Shown: in pieces, positions 44,976 through 57,000 of the stretch
Layout: every line of letters starts with the position of its first letter
Numbering within the stretch: the stretch's first letter is position 1
Origin: Oopsacas minuta
Lineage: Eukaryota > Animalia > Porifera
DNA length: 64,000 bases
Reading direction: 5' to 3'
Assembly: GCA_024704765.1 (NCBI GenBank)
Contig: JAKMXF010000332.1
Location: 1,309,861 to 1,373,860 of the forward strand
Program-made: the position numbers and the translations under genes
Notes under the pieces: generated by a model
What the model was told of the DNA's origin: nothing
The model's input: the letters and a program-made list of their open reading frames with translations, nothing else
Databases searched by the model: none

Positions 44976-47289
44976 CTTTGTTATTCCTTTATTGATTTGT
45001 AGAAATTATTTCACTTAAATGAAATGAAAGCAATTTATATACATTGGCTCTGTGTATTAATTACGTAATACTTTAGTTGTTACTTTGTTACTTATATCTT
45101 AACAATATTTACTACATATCGTGAATATACGTATATCGTATTAAGTTGAGAATAACATTTATTCAAACTATTTCAGGAGCGACACAAACGATAGGCCAAG
45201 TGAGGCCATGGCCTGACCACTTTTGGCATTTGGCCTATTCAATTGTTTGTTGTGGGTCTGACTACTTTACAATGGATAAAGCCATTCGCCTAACCGCCAC
45301 TTAACACCTTCCACCACCCTTGTATATTCAATCAACGACCTTATGAACAAATAAATCAGTTAATGGCGGGTCACATTTAGTAATTTGTCATTGTAATATG
45401 TATAGCAAATAAATAATCACAATACGTTGTTGACAATACAGATAAAATCGGATAGTTTTGTCCATTTGATTGCACTGCCAAAACGACAAAATAACCCGAT
45501 AGACAAAACCCCACATAATGCTTAATATTGATAGAATCTACAAGAAGGGTGCATAATATTTGCTATTTTAACAAAGAAAGATAAAATTGAATTCTAATAA
45601 TCTTGTTAGACATTTCAAAATGTCAAAATCGAATTATACGTCCTGTTTCTCCTATTTAAGAAGTGGAAGCTAATCTCTAGGATATTTTGAAATGTTTACA
45701 AAAGGTGTGAAGATATGATTAGTCATATGATAAAAAATTGTATACATATGTAGGCGCAATTAGTGCCATTTTGGGTGGGCATATGCCCACCCTGGAATTT
45801 GGCCATAAGGTCATCTTTACCCACCCTGACTCATGAGCGTAGTTGCGACAATCAGTGTATATATATTCAATAGAATGTCTTGACCAATAGAACTGCAGTC
45901 CACATCAATACAAATAGATTACAGTGCTATGCATTTATGCATAAACACAGTAAAAACATTCAAATCTCAAAATACATTTAGAAACTTGCTTTCAACGACT
46001 ACACGACACGAGGGCAACAACGTATACTGAGTCGATATCTTATGTACCTATACTGCGTCTTATGTGTACACATTGATGATTATTTCTGATATAATGAATA
46101 TAACTAACATATACATTGCCTAAATACGGGTTAAGAGCAATTGAGATAGATAGCATACTTCAAGGCGTGAAGTGCCGAGTTCGTCACAAGCGACTAATCA
46201 GTCTTATTCTAGACACATAAATTAATATTATTCTAATCGTAATGGAAACACTAGCTACTCAAGATGACTCTGATTATGTATGCAAAATCAAGACTCACAT
46301 ATTTCTTGCGATATGAACTTCCTACAGCTTGTGATTATGTTGTATGATTTTCATCACAGTTAAATGTGATGTGTTAATGGAAACCGATAATTTGCACACT
46401 ATTTGGATCTGATTAATATAGCAAGAAGATAAACTTTACTCAGAAAAGTATGTTTTGATAGCTAATTTAATTCTTTAGAACTGTTTGTCTAATTAAATTG
46501 AGTTGGAAAATACAAACACCAATGCTAGACATAACTAATAGACATCTGGAGATACTTTTGTAATTAGAAATTTAACCCCAAGGATATTACATATGCAGCT
46601 GCAAGCTGGTGACTCTACTATGTGAGAATATTGAGTCACAAGATGGTTAAAAGATTAACATTATCTGAAGAATATTTAGTACAATTATCAGATTGTAATT
46701 AACTTAATAATATTTTCACAAGTTAGACTCCCTCAAATTAAATAAGTCTCTGATAAATATTTATAGTTATCAACTCACTTATGGAAATATTTTTAGATTC
46801 AAATTCTACAAAATAATATACAAATGCATTTAACCATTGGATATTAAGACATATTATTAAAGAAAAATACAATAAATAATATCAAAAGTTCATTTTTTCC
46901 TAACTTGCATAATTCGTATTAAAAGTATAATACTTTACACGTCAGCTATATTAATGTTATACAAGTCTAGGTTAACCTCTAAATATAAGATTTTGATATT
47001 GTTAGACTTGTATAAGTCACATTATTATTAAATATTATACAATTTGGTTAACTATGCTGAGATTTCTCTTAAAAATTCGAGAACTAATGTTTTGATGCAA
47101 AATATTTATTACACAAATAAGCCTAATAGAAGTTAGGTCACTAAAAATTGTAGATTGAACGTATAATACGAATTAAACAACTTAGATTAAAAGTAGAATT
47201 ATCCACTCACATGAATCTACTATTTGTGAATACTTGTTGAAATATCAAAATTATTTTAATTATTTGTATTCGTGATATGGAATTATGTA

Positions 47290-47720
47290 TTATATCACAG
47301 TTAGATTAATGTGTTTTCAATTCTAATTCATGAGCTACTCCTTGAAGAAATTCTATTTTTAGGCAGAGCCAATTCGAATTCTTTTTGCACCTGTAATAAT
47401 TTTTTGCTTGGTACCTTCAACAAGTCCTTGTCAATAAGCGAATCTTCAGAGCTAATTCCTCATTCTTATTATAATCAGCTCAACAAGGAGCTAATTAGTA
47501 TTTTCTATATACAGTTCTCATCATTCAATTTGATAATAGAAGCCTTTTCTATTAAGTTTATATTTACGCCATATTGTATACTCAAGTACCGAATTACCGT
47601 TTTGTACCAATACGAGTCTCAAATGAATATGTAGACTTTAGAATAAACCTCATAAACCAATAGATATAGAGTTGGTCCAAGCCTGTTGTGATTAACACAG
47701 ACCGGTAGATGGCAAAAATA
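47290..47720 (-). pseudogene. Highly decayed MULE transposase relic
   Basis: Residual NEELALKIRLL and KIEFLQGVAHEL match DEELAMRIRRI and KMEFLQGVAHHF of the 14674-15864 transposase. Confidence 0.5.
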
Positions 47721-48832
47721 CAGAATGATAATTAATCTCTCATTGAAAATCATTCGAAAAATTGGTTTCTCAACTCAATGCGATATAATTTCATTATATT
47801 TAGTTAATATTGTTAGATATAAATTAAGTTAAAGAACTACCTTCAGTATTGGATTGGTGTAGAATTTTTCTCTTGCAAATGGTGTGAAAGTTTTGGTACC
47901 TCTTCTTTCTTAATTTTGTAAAGGCCCCGACAAACGTTTTAAAGGTGTTAAATTGTATCCTATCGTCTCAGATCAACTAACGAAGGGTTAGGTACACATT
48001 CTCGGTAGGTAGAGCCATTCTCTCTGAATTCTGAGCTCTTAATCTATAATACATTTGGCTGTACAGAGTCTACGAACAAAAAACAAATTAAATACTAAGC
48101 CACCCATTTCAATACTCTGACTATTCTTTAGTATATTCGGCACTCTGCATTGTAAAAATACTGAGGTACACAGCTTATGTAACCATAATCCTGATTGATA
48201 TGAATATACGTAATATTTAATCAATAAGGATTATAAAGGCCCAGCTGTATCCGTCATAAGTACTCAGATAAGACAAACCTCCGTTAATAAGTACTATTTT
48301 TGTTCCCCAAGTGAATACGTGTAGTTTTCATCCAATTAGTAAATGAAATCACTTCTAATCGATGATTATGTGCATTTTCGTTCAATATCATTTAGTGTAG
48401 AGATTTACCTTTATTAGTGGCAGTCTTTCCTTTGGATGTTGTCAGGATTCTGACTACCTCTGCTTATTGGATTGGGTCTTTGGAATAGGTCTTGAGATTG
48501 CGAGTCTACATGCGACAAGTCAAGATTGAAGAGACACCCCGACACCCCCGTGTAGCTGGAAAGGGTTCAGGTGGAGGTGATGTCATAGGTGAGATGGTAG
48601 CATGGGAGCATCTACAGGAGGAGGGAGTTAATCAATTAATCCTCTGAATCTGATCGCCAAAAATACTTTTTCTATTCCATTTGAACCAGTATTTAGGGAG
48701 AGAGAGGTTTCTTCGTGACTGTCGAGTTCTTCTACAAGATGTCAACTAACACAGTCGCCACCAACTTGATTGTTGGAGTGTTAGTGAGACCATCTTAAAT
48801 TTCAAAACTACTATCATCAGTTTTGTCCTTAT

Positions 48833-50750
48833 CTACTGCCTCATTATTTTCACAGTCAGACTCGCCATCATCCGAAGAGAGATAAGGACGATCGTCATGT
48901 GAACCTTGTGTAGAACGACCGTTATGTTTTCTTTTTCTCCTGGTAAGGCCTGACAGCTAGCCAACTCCTTAAAGATAGAGTAAATCCCTTTATGTGCCAT
49001 ATGCGTACGATAATGTTTCTCAGTGGTTGCTCTGGAATGGCACATGCACTGTAAAAGGGTCTCCTGAAGTTCAGGTTTATGCATGTTAATCAATGTTGAG
49101 GTGGCTTTCTATAATTGGTCGGACAGCCTTTGGGATCATGAATGTCATATAGCAATAATCCGGCTTGTAGGCAATTATTTACATTACTAGAATGTAGCAT
49201 ATCGGAAAGCCATGTTTAGAACATATGGCAGTCTTCTCCAGAACTCGGATATTCGAGTTTTGGTAGTTTCGGAATGATTACCGTAACAAAAATTAATTGA
49301 TAGTTAAAAACTTCGGCTTCAAGGTAGATAATAGCTGGTTGGATGTAGTCAGTTTTATGGTGTTCAACATATAAATAGTGGAGGTTGTGTTCATTAGCAT
49401 TCCCTTCCGCATTGAGAACTTCTTGGATAAGTGTTCCCTCAATAATACCAGAACGTTGAGCGTTTTTTAGGAGAATTTCCACTAGTAAATAGTTTCGAAG
49501 CTTAATAAATAAGCTCTCATTCAGATAGGTATTCTCACCTTTGACTGAAGGGAAATGCTTCTTCACTTCGGCCGCCCTTCCCCGCAATCGCCACTCTCTC
49601 AGGACCATTAATGAGTATGACATGCGATCTCGACTGACTGTAATAGTAAACTTGCTTCGATGGTGTTTATCTTTTCGCAGGGCTTCTTTAAGTGCTTTAA
49701 GCATAGACTCAATCGTTTTCATGCATTTTTCAGATGGGAGGAGATTAGGATATTGTGACCGAAAGAAATGCACGAAACTTTCGAATACACTTAGACAACG
49801 ATAGGATGTAGATGGTGAGCACGTGGAAGATGTAATGTAGCTATTCAGATAATTGTGGTTCCATAAAATTTGCCAACCAATTTCTTTCATGAGACATCGG
49901 AAAGAGCTCATATCTCCTTTGACAGGTGTATTTTGCCTACCGACTCCCCCTTCAGTTAGCATAAATGAGTGGAAATCATTGGATATTTTGTCTTTATCAA
50001 TAATTTAGAGGCTATTACAATAGTTACTGCCGCATGGTACTGATTCAATTATTGGAGAATAGTGTAGAGATCCGCTAGATGGTTTGTAAAAATCCACATC
50101 ATCTTGGCAGGGCGAAACGAAGCTGAACTCAAAAACAGAATCAACAGATTCTGAATCATTACCAAAATTATATGCATTTGATACGTTCTCTGAATCAGCG
50201 ATAGAATCACTGGTTTTGGAATGGATTCGAATAGTGGCTATTGGACTATCAATATCTTTAGGAAAGGAATTTTTTTCTACAACGATTGGTCTGCACTGAA
50301 TCGTATTCGCTCGTAAAAGTTGTCTGGATTTTAGGTATTAAAGGCCTTTGACTTATACCTTTATGATATAAGTCCTCAAATAGTGAACAATTTCTGTCCA
50401 GGTTGTGGACTGATGCCAGATGGTGCTTTAGATTCAGGACAAAGTGGCCACATTTCTGTTTCAAATCGTTTTCAAATTGACATACGTAGCCAGTCTTAAT
50501 TTTGTCATGCGCCTTTTTTATATCACACCGTGTGATTCTACAGCCAAACATTATTTTTATCGACATCGTCTGCTTCAAGTTCTCCGTTCTTCACATGTGC
50601 ACCCAAGTGGCGACGGTACGTTTTACTCCAGTGCGATTTCTTTCAAACAATGCAGTTTGTCGAAGGTATCATATGTTTTGTGGAATTCTTTTCATTTGAA
50701 GGCACGTTCACTTCTGCCACACTACGGTAGAATCAGGATATTTTAAACCA
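48833..50750 (-). mobile_element. Decayed zinc-finger + tyrosine recombinase gene (Crypton-like or virus-derived element)
   Basis: ORF pieces 50258-50578 (C-x8-C...HLASVH), an acidic linker, 49216-49962 (MLTEGG..., NAQRSG, EHHKT) and 48833-49093 plus upstream codons (TNYRKATST, MCHSRATTEKHY), giving the YR R-K-(H)xxR-H-Y order; stops and frameshifts between pieces. Confidence 0.75.
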
Positions 50751-51964
50751 AATTTCGTGCAATGACTGTGTCTTCTTATGCACCTGATCTCAATTAATTA
50801 TTGTCGTTGTAACAATTATTGTTAATTGTTTAATATATTTCTTATCTGAATTATGTTAAATATTGTTTCACTTGTAGTGATCACAAACGCAAGTAAACCA
50901 TCACTTACAATTAGGGTTTCTTCCAGGCGCACAGAATATATTGGCTGGATGAAAGTCTGCTTACAAGGAATACCCACATTTTGATACATAAATATTCTAT
51001 GCTTTAATTTGTTTAAATTTATTGCATGGACATTGGGTAATTTTCGGGACATAACATGTTTCTCTTTGTATGGCTTGTAATAGTGGGACAGTAGCCAAGT
51101 ATGATATACAACAATTCAAATCATTTGTGAATTGCGAATATTAAAGCAGATCACTAGACCATCACCTAGAATTCATTTCTCATTGATCACTTGGAAGAAT
51201 ATCTGAATGAAATTAACAAGTTTATAGAACATCGGAAGTTGGGGTTAGGATTTTCGGAATAGGTTGGTTAAAGCTGCCATCAACACTTCAATGAAGTGTC
51301 TAGTCTTTAAGTTGGTAAATCAAAACCAGTACACACAGTAATCGAATATGATAGTTTGCTTTATGGTTTAATAAGAGCCAATTAATGAGGTAACCATCAT
51401 TCTTGCTAAAAGTAGGTATGAAGTTATTCGGGTTATATGATAGATATACTGAAACTTTGATAGTGAATAACCCATGTGCATATTTGTATCAAATTAACTT
51501 CTGTCCATGAGGGGCCTCAAAATTTAGAACCGGGGTCGCTGGATATTTCATTAGTTACGGCCGTGAAACTAAACTGAATATTCCTTCTAGACTAATTACG
51601 AATCTTTTGTGGCCACTAGAATAAAAAAGCATAAAGAGTTGAGGCTGAAGGTCTCATTGTTGATTTGGCATACACTTCAAAAAATATATTACTAAATATA
51701 ATACATTTGGGATAGAATGCAAAACTAGCGATGATTAAAGAAAAAGATTTTTCCATCAGCCAAAATTTCAGATCACTCAAGTATATATTAGAAAAGATTC
51801 AGCATGTTCCAAAGTTCCGCGGCACAAACAAACCCGTGATATACATTATATCAGTTGCCCCTTATATTGGGAACAAGGAGTAGATCAGATTTACATAGCA
51901 TTTTCATTTTAAACCTGTTAAAATGCAGCCAACGTGCACATTTATAAGTGAATCCAATTTATAT

Positions 51965-52430
51965 GTGATATTCGTAATCAGCTTAAAGTTTCCATCGTTC
52001 AAGTGGTCACTTGATTTGGAGATATTATTTCCCTATCAACCCAAGAAAGCCTCAGGAATGTGACAACATTACATTCTCAAAATTTAGCAAATTATGACAC
52101 CTCGTTCGACACTGCTAGGCGAACCGAGTTTAGGTATACATATACCAACCCTCTATATTGTCATTTGATTCGATTTCGGGATTTTTGCCAATGTGCCACC
52201 TTGGACACATTTTGAAAGCGTTTAAATGCATATAGCTCATCCAGTTTGAATCGAAACGAATTTTGTCGATATTCGTAATCAGTGAAGGATTTCATGTAGT
52301 TCGATGGGTCACTCGCTATGTTAGGGATTATTTTTTCCCTAGCTACACAGGAATGTGGCAATTTTCCATTCTCAAACTTTGTCCAAATCCAATCGAGTGA
52401 CCCCTTGTTCGACGCCACTACTAGTTGAGT
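51965..52430. repeat. Unclassified interspersed repeat (family D), two tandem copies
   Basis: GATATTCGTAATCA...GGTCACT...GGAATGTG.CAA...CATTCTCAAA...GTTCGAC repeated twice; related copies near 16450-16600 (reverse) and 61260-61440. Confidence 0.55.
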
Positions 52431-53379
52431 CTAGTTATATACTTTTATGATTTTACCGGCTCGACCATCGTGGTCAATTTTCTTGATAGTATTCACATAT
52501 TTTACATGAATACATCATATTATCTTCTGTTTTCTAATAGCGCATAGCTACGAATAGATTCATTTCCCGTATAGTGTAGATCTATTACAACGTATTATTA
52601 CAATACAGATGATAACATCGTGTATTCTTGTAAAATACTTAAGAAAAACCAAGAAATCTGAGAGACATTTAGAGTGAGGATATGTCCATAACTATACTCA
52701 GCACGCCTAGCGGCGTCGAACGGGGGGGCCATTCAATATGTTTTGATAAATTTTTAGAATGCAATGAAAGTTAGGCCTTCTAGATGGTGATAGTGTTTTC
52801 ACATCTTTGAGGTGTCAATGACGCAGCCTTTCTTTGTTTTGGTTATTTTAAGGATTGTATGATTAGTATAGACTTAATATTGGTACCAAAGGTGTCAAAC
52901 TCCAAAACAAATTGGACCATGGATTTTGAACATATTAGTAGTGTATAATTTTACTGCGTCATCATCACCTATTTAAATATTCACGGTTGAATGCCTCCCA
53001 AATGAAAACAGATAGAACTACACTCATGACGGATGGAATGTTCAATACAGATGAACCTAGAAAATGGGAATGATATCCCTATGATGAGTGATGATGATTC
53101 AGCAAAAATCAAAAATGTTTGATTTCATTTTAGCAACCTAAACTTTGAATTGGAGAACTACGTGGTGTCAGCGCCAAATTGTATAAGGAGGATTTGAGGA
53201 AGTACACTCCCATCCCGTCTGTGAGGGTTTTGTACACTCGAAAAATCACATTATTGGACACTGCTCAGCCAAAGTTGATGTTAGATGGTTAAAAATTTGA
53301 ATCTCAAGTACCCCTCAATATGATCCATCTGTGTTGTCATATTTTCATACAATTCAGTGTGCTTGATTATCCCTATCTG

Positions 53380-53650
53380 TTGAAAGCAAATCTCTAAGTA
53401 TATTTCGAGATTTCAATTATTTGTTTACATAATATTCATAAAACAACAATAAATTACATATGATTAATCCAAAAAATCGCATTCAGCATGTTCGATATAT
53501 TTCGTGAAGTTTTATTGAATTCTATTTACTTCTTTGATAAACACGATAATACATAGTTATGCGACAATTTCAAAATTGCATACCGTAAATCCTTTCCTTG
53601 ACAACGGAAACAGACAAACAACAATTGAGATTTAATTTAATAATCTTGTA
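53380..53650 (-). repeat. Helitron-like family B copy (5' part)
   Basis: Reverse complement of TTAAATCTCAATTGTTGTTTGTCTG...TGTCAAGGAAAGGATTTACGGTATGCAATTTTGAAATTGTC. Confidence 0.6.
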
Positions 53651-54087
53651 TTAATGTAGTTTGGGGGATTTTTCTTGGATTGTAATCTAATAGAAATAGA
53701 AAATAATAGAAATTATTCAGAAAATGAAATGTACAAAATTGGACGCAAAATGAGAGAGAGAGAGCGGGGGTGGCTTTCAGATCAAATTATTGGGATCCAA
53801 AACCCGTGGTTCTGGTGGTTACACTGTAATTAAACGCTAAAGTTAACAAGATGGTGAGTAAGTGGTCATTGACCTAAATGATAGCCATTGGTAGTACGTA
53901 TTATGCGGGCCGTCGGCATTGGTCTAACAATCATATTTGGTTCATTAGACCAGCGGGCCGATAATTCAACTCTATTGCACCCGCGTGCAACTCTGAAATG
54001 TCCTGGCTACTATTCGAGGGAATACACTCAATACGGTGATATTAATTTTAACGATAAATAAACGAATACAGATTCTCGACCAAAATT

Positions 54088-57000
54088 CTATATCATATCA
54101 AATAATATCACTTTAAGTATTGAGGGCTCAAGGATGGCCTGACTAGAGAATAAACTTTTCTGAGAAAGTATATCATTATTGAGTTTGATACTTCTTTCCT
54201 GTAGGATTTGATACAGTAATGAATAGAGTAAGGATAACAGAAAATATTTCCTATTCCATGCTAGCCCATCTGTCTGATGAACTAGTTCTAATTGCTCTCT
54301 AATATTATAAAATAAAGTTTGAATTTCTGCCAATCTAACCTCAGAGTTAATAGAATTCTCTACAATATTGAGTATGAGTTTTGATATGCAGAGTATTATA
54401 GCTGTTGGTATAGTAAAGTAATTAACTGAAGATTCCTCAAACAACCTGTCAGTATCATTTTCTTCTACCTCATTAGTTAATTCTAAATTTATTATATTCT
54501 GAAGCAAAAACAGAAGAACTCTCAATGCTCTCTCTTCATTCAGTAGTATTGTTATGTTCATCAGGAGAATCTCTGTTGCAACACTCGGGTGTACATGCAC
54601 TGGAATTACTTTATCTCTAGGAACAGTAGTAATTACAGAAGCTAGCTTGCTATCATTACATAGATGAACACCGTATAGTGATAAGAACCAGAATTTGTTG
54701 ATTGTATCTTCATCTAGTGTGGAGGGTATTATCAAATCATAAATAGCACACAAAGTATAATCTATACACTGAATTACACACAATACTTGAGTTGTTATAG
54801 CTATTTCATAGACTGAATGTATAAATGTATTAATTTCATATGAGATAGACTCTCCTGCTATGTTTAAAGATAAAATTAAACATCCAGCAAATTGTATAAG
54901 AGATGTAAGATATTCATATTCAACTGAGCATACTACTATCAGGTTATGTATCATGTTAAAAGCTGTATGTAAATCAGAATATTTCTGTTGTGATAACTCT
55001 TGTGTAATTTTAGTAAAGTTAAAATGAAGATTACGCATTATTATACAAATTATATTAATTCTTTCTTCATTTGTACTTTCTAGAAATAAAATAAATAATA
55101 TATTCAGAGGGAAGATATCCGGTGGTATATTCATTTCCATCTCTAAAATACTCTGAATAGAATATTGTCTTAGATCAGATCTGTCTAGCAGATTATGTGG
55201 TAAAGACATGATAGATTGATTAGAGAATATATCCTTTATTCTTGAAAGTGCAATCGTGAGTCTTAATGATGTAGATATTCGAGTTTGCAGAAACAAATCG
55301 TTCTTGAGAGCTGATTTATCAAATATTTTTTTGAAGAATTCAACCAAATGAAAATAAAGTTTAACATCTACATCTCGTACTGATTCAAATACACATTTTT
55401 GAGATTTGTCTATTAGAGTTGTGAGTATTTGAAAGACTGTACATTGATTCACAATACATCTAGTACAAACTGGAATCAAATCATTACAGAAATTGAATAG
55501 AGTAACAGATTCAGTAACAGACAGCTTGGAGATTTGTAGCTGAACAACCTCCTTCAAAACTAACAAGAACCCATGAACTGTGTTGTGAGAGGGATTTTCT
55601 AGAGAGTGCGGTGAATTCTTCAAAAAATAAGGATACACAAGAGAGAAGATTTGAGAAGACAGAAGGGATGAAATTGAGTTAGCAGACATTTGACGAAGCT
55701 TCCAGCAAGGATTCTCACATAACCTGAATAATTGAGGGATTAAAATAGTTATATAATGAGAGTTTGTATCAGATTTAGATATGTATAGTCGTGAGAAAAT
55801 AGTCAATATCAGAAATACAGAGTATTCTGGTTGGAGTATTTTAGAATATTCAACAAATTGAGTGAGAATATTCGAAAATAACTCCCAAAGAGTAGGATAT
55901 CTGGAGAAGAAATTATGAGTAGTCATTTTGTTTTGCCAAGCGTATTCATCTTGTGTCCTCTTTACTCCAAATACACGAGACATTATACTGCTAAACAACA
56001 GGTGACTAGCATTCCTAATAGGCCAGTGAGTGCTAGACACGCTTCTTATCACGTGTGGAATTGTGGTAGAGACATACTGATGCATTATATCTCGTAGTTT
56101 GTTGTCTTTAAACAGAGCTCGCAATATGTTCAGACTATGTACCTGTATAATTATATCTTCTGGAGATTGCACTACTTTAGCTGCAATAGTAGTTAGTGTA
56201 TCCATGGTGATGGAGAGGTATTTGTTGTTCAAATGCTTTGGTTCATTGGAGAGGATGGCTAGCACTAAATAAGGGAGACCAGCACTACGTCTAGTAGCAC
56301 AAGAGAGGAGATTCATTTGAGTTTCTCGCTTTTCATTGTTAAGAAGATTACTCAATACTTCTTGCAGCCATATAGATGGTAGGCTAAATACACTGGGTGT
56401 AGGAGATAACCAAAGACAGTTACATAGCTTCACAAAACCTACGTATGTGAGCTCGAAAGCACCTCTGTGTCTAGCCTCGATTAAATAGTTAAGATAGAAT
56501 CTGTAGATCGTAGTTAGATTGGATGGGTAAAATAATGATGGATAAATGGGAAAGAATAACTCTATTATTTCAGAAAAGAGAAGAGAGATTTCTTTCAGAG
56601 ACTGCCAAGAGCAGAGTAGAACAGATCTGTTGTAAATGAGCTGAGTGCTATCATCATCTACATAGTCAGAGAGATATCCTTCAGGAGAACTGTTACATAC
56701 AATATGTCCTGTCACACTCAGGACACGTGTACAGAGGTGTATTGAAGTGTCTAAACATTGCTTCAAATACGATATATCTGTTTCCTGTATAGAACACTCA
56801 CTAAGTACTCCTCTGATACAGCGAATAATTGAATATAAACAATATTTAGTAGGATTCCATCTCTCTTTACTTATTTCTAATTGCATATTAAGCAGCTGTA
56901 GCAAACTCCATAGACAATTCAAATTAATATTATTTGATGAATTATCTGACACATCCTGGGATAAATGAATATCCAGCTGTTCCCTATCATTAGTCCACTT

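Noticed and set aside
46250-46900. Coding-like decayed stretch
   Set aside because: No frame gave a recognisable domain.
48833-50750. DIRS/Ngaro retrotransposon interpretation of the tyrosine recombinase
   Set aside because: No RT, RNase H or split/inverted LTRs recognised nearby.
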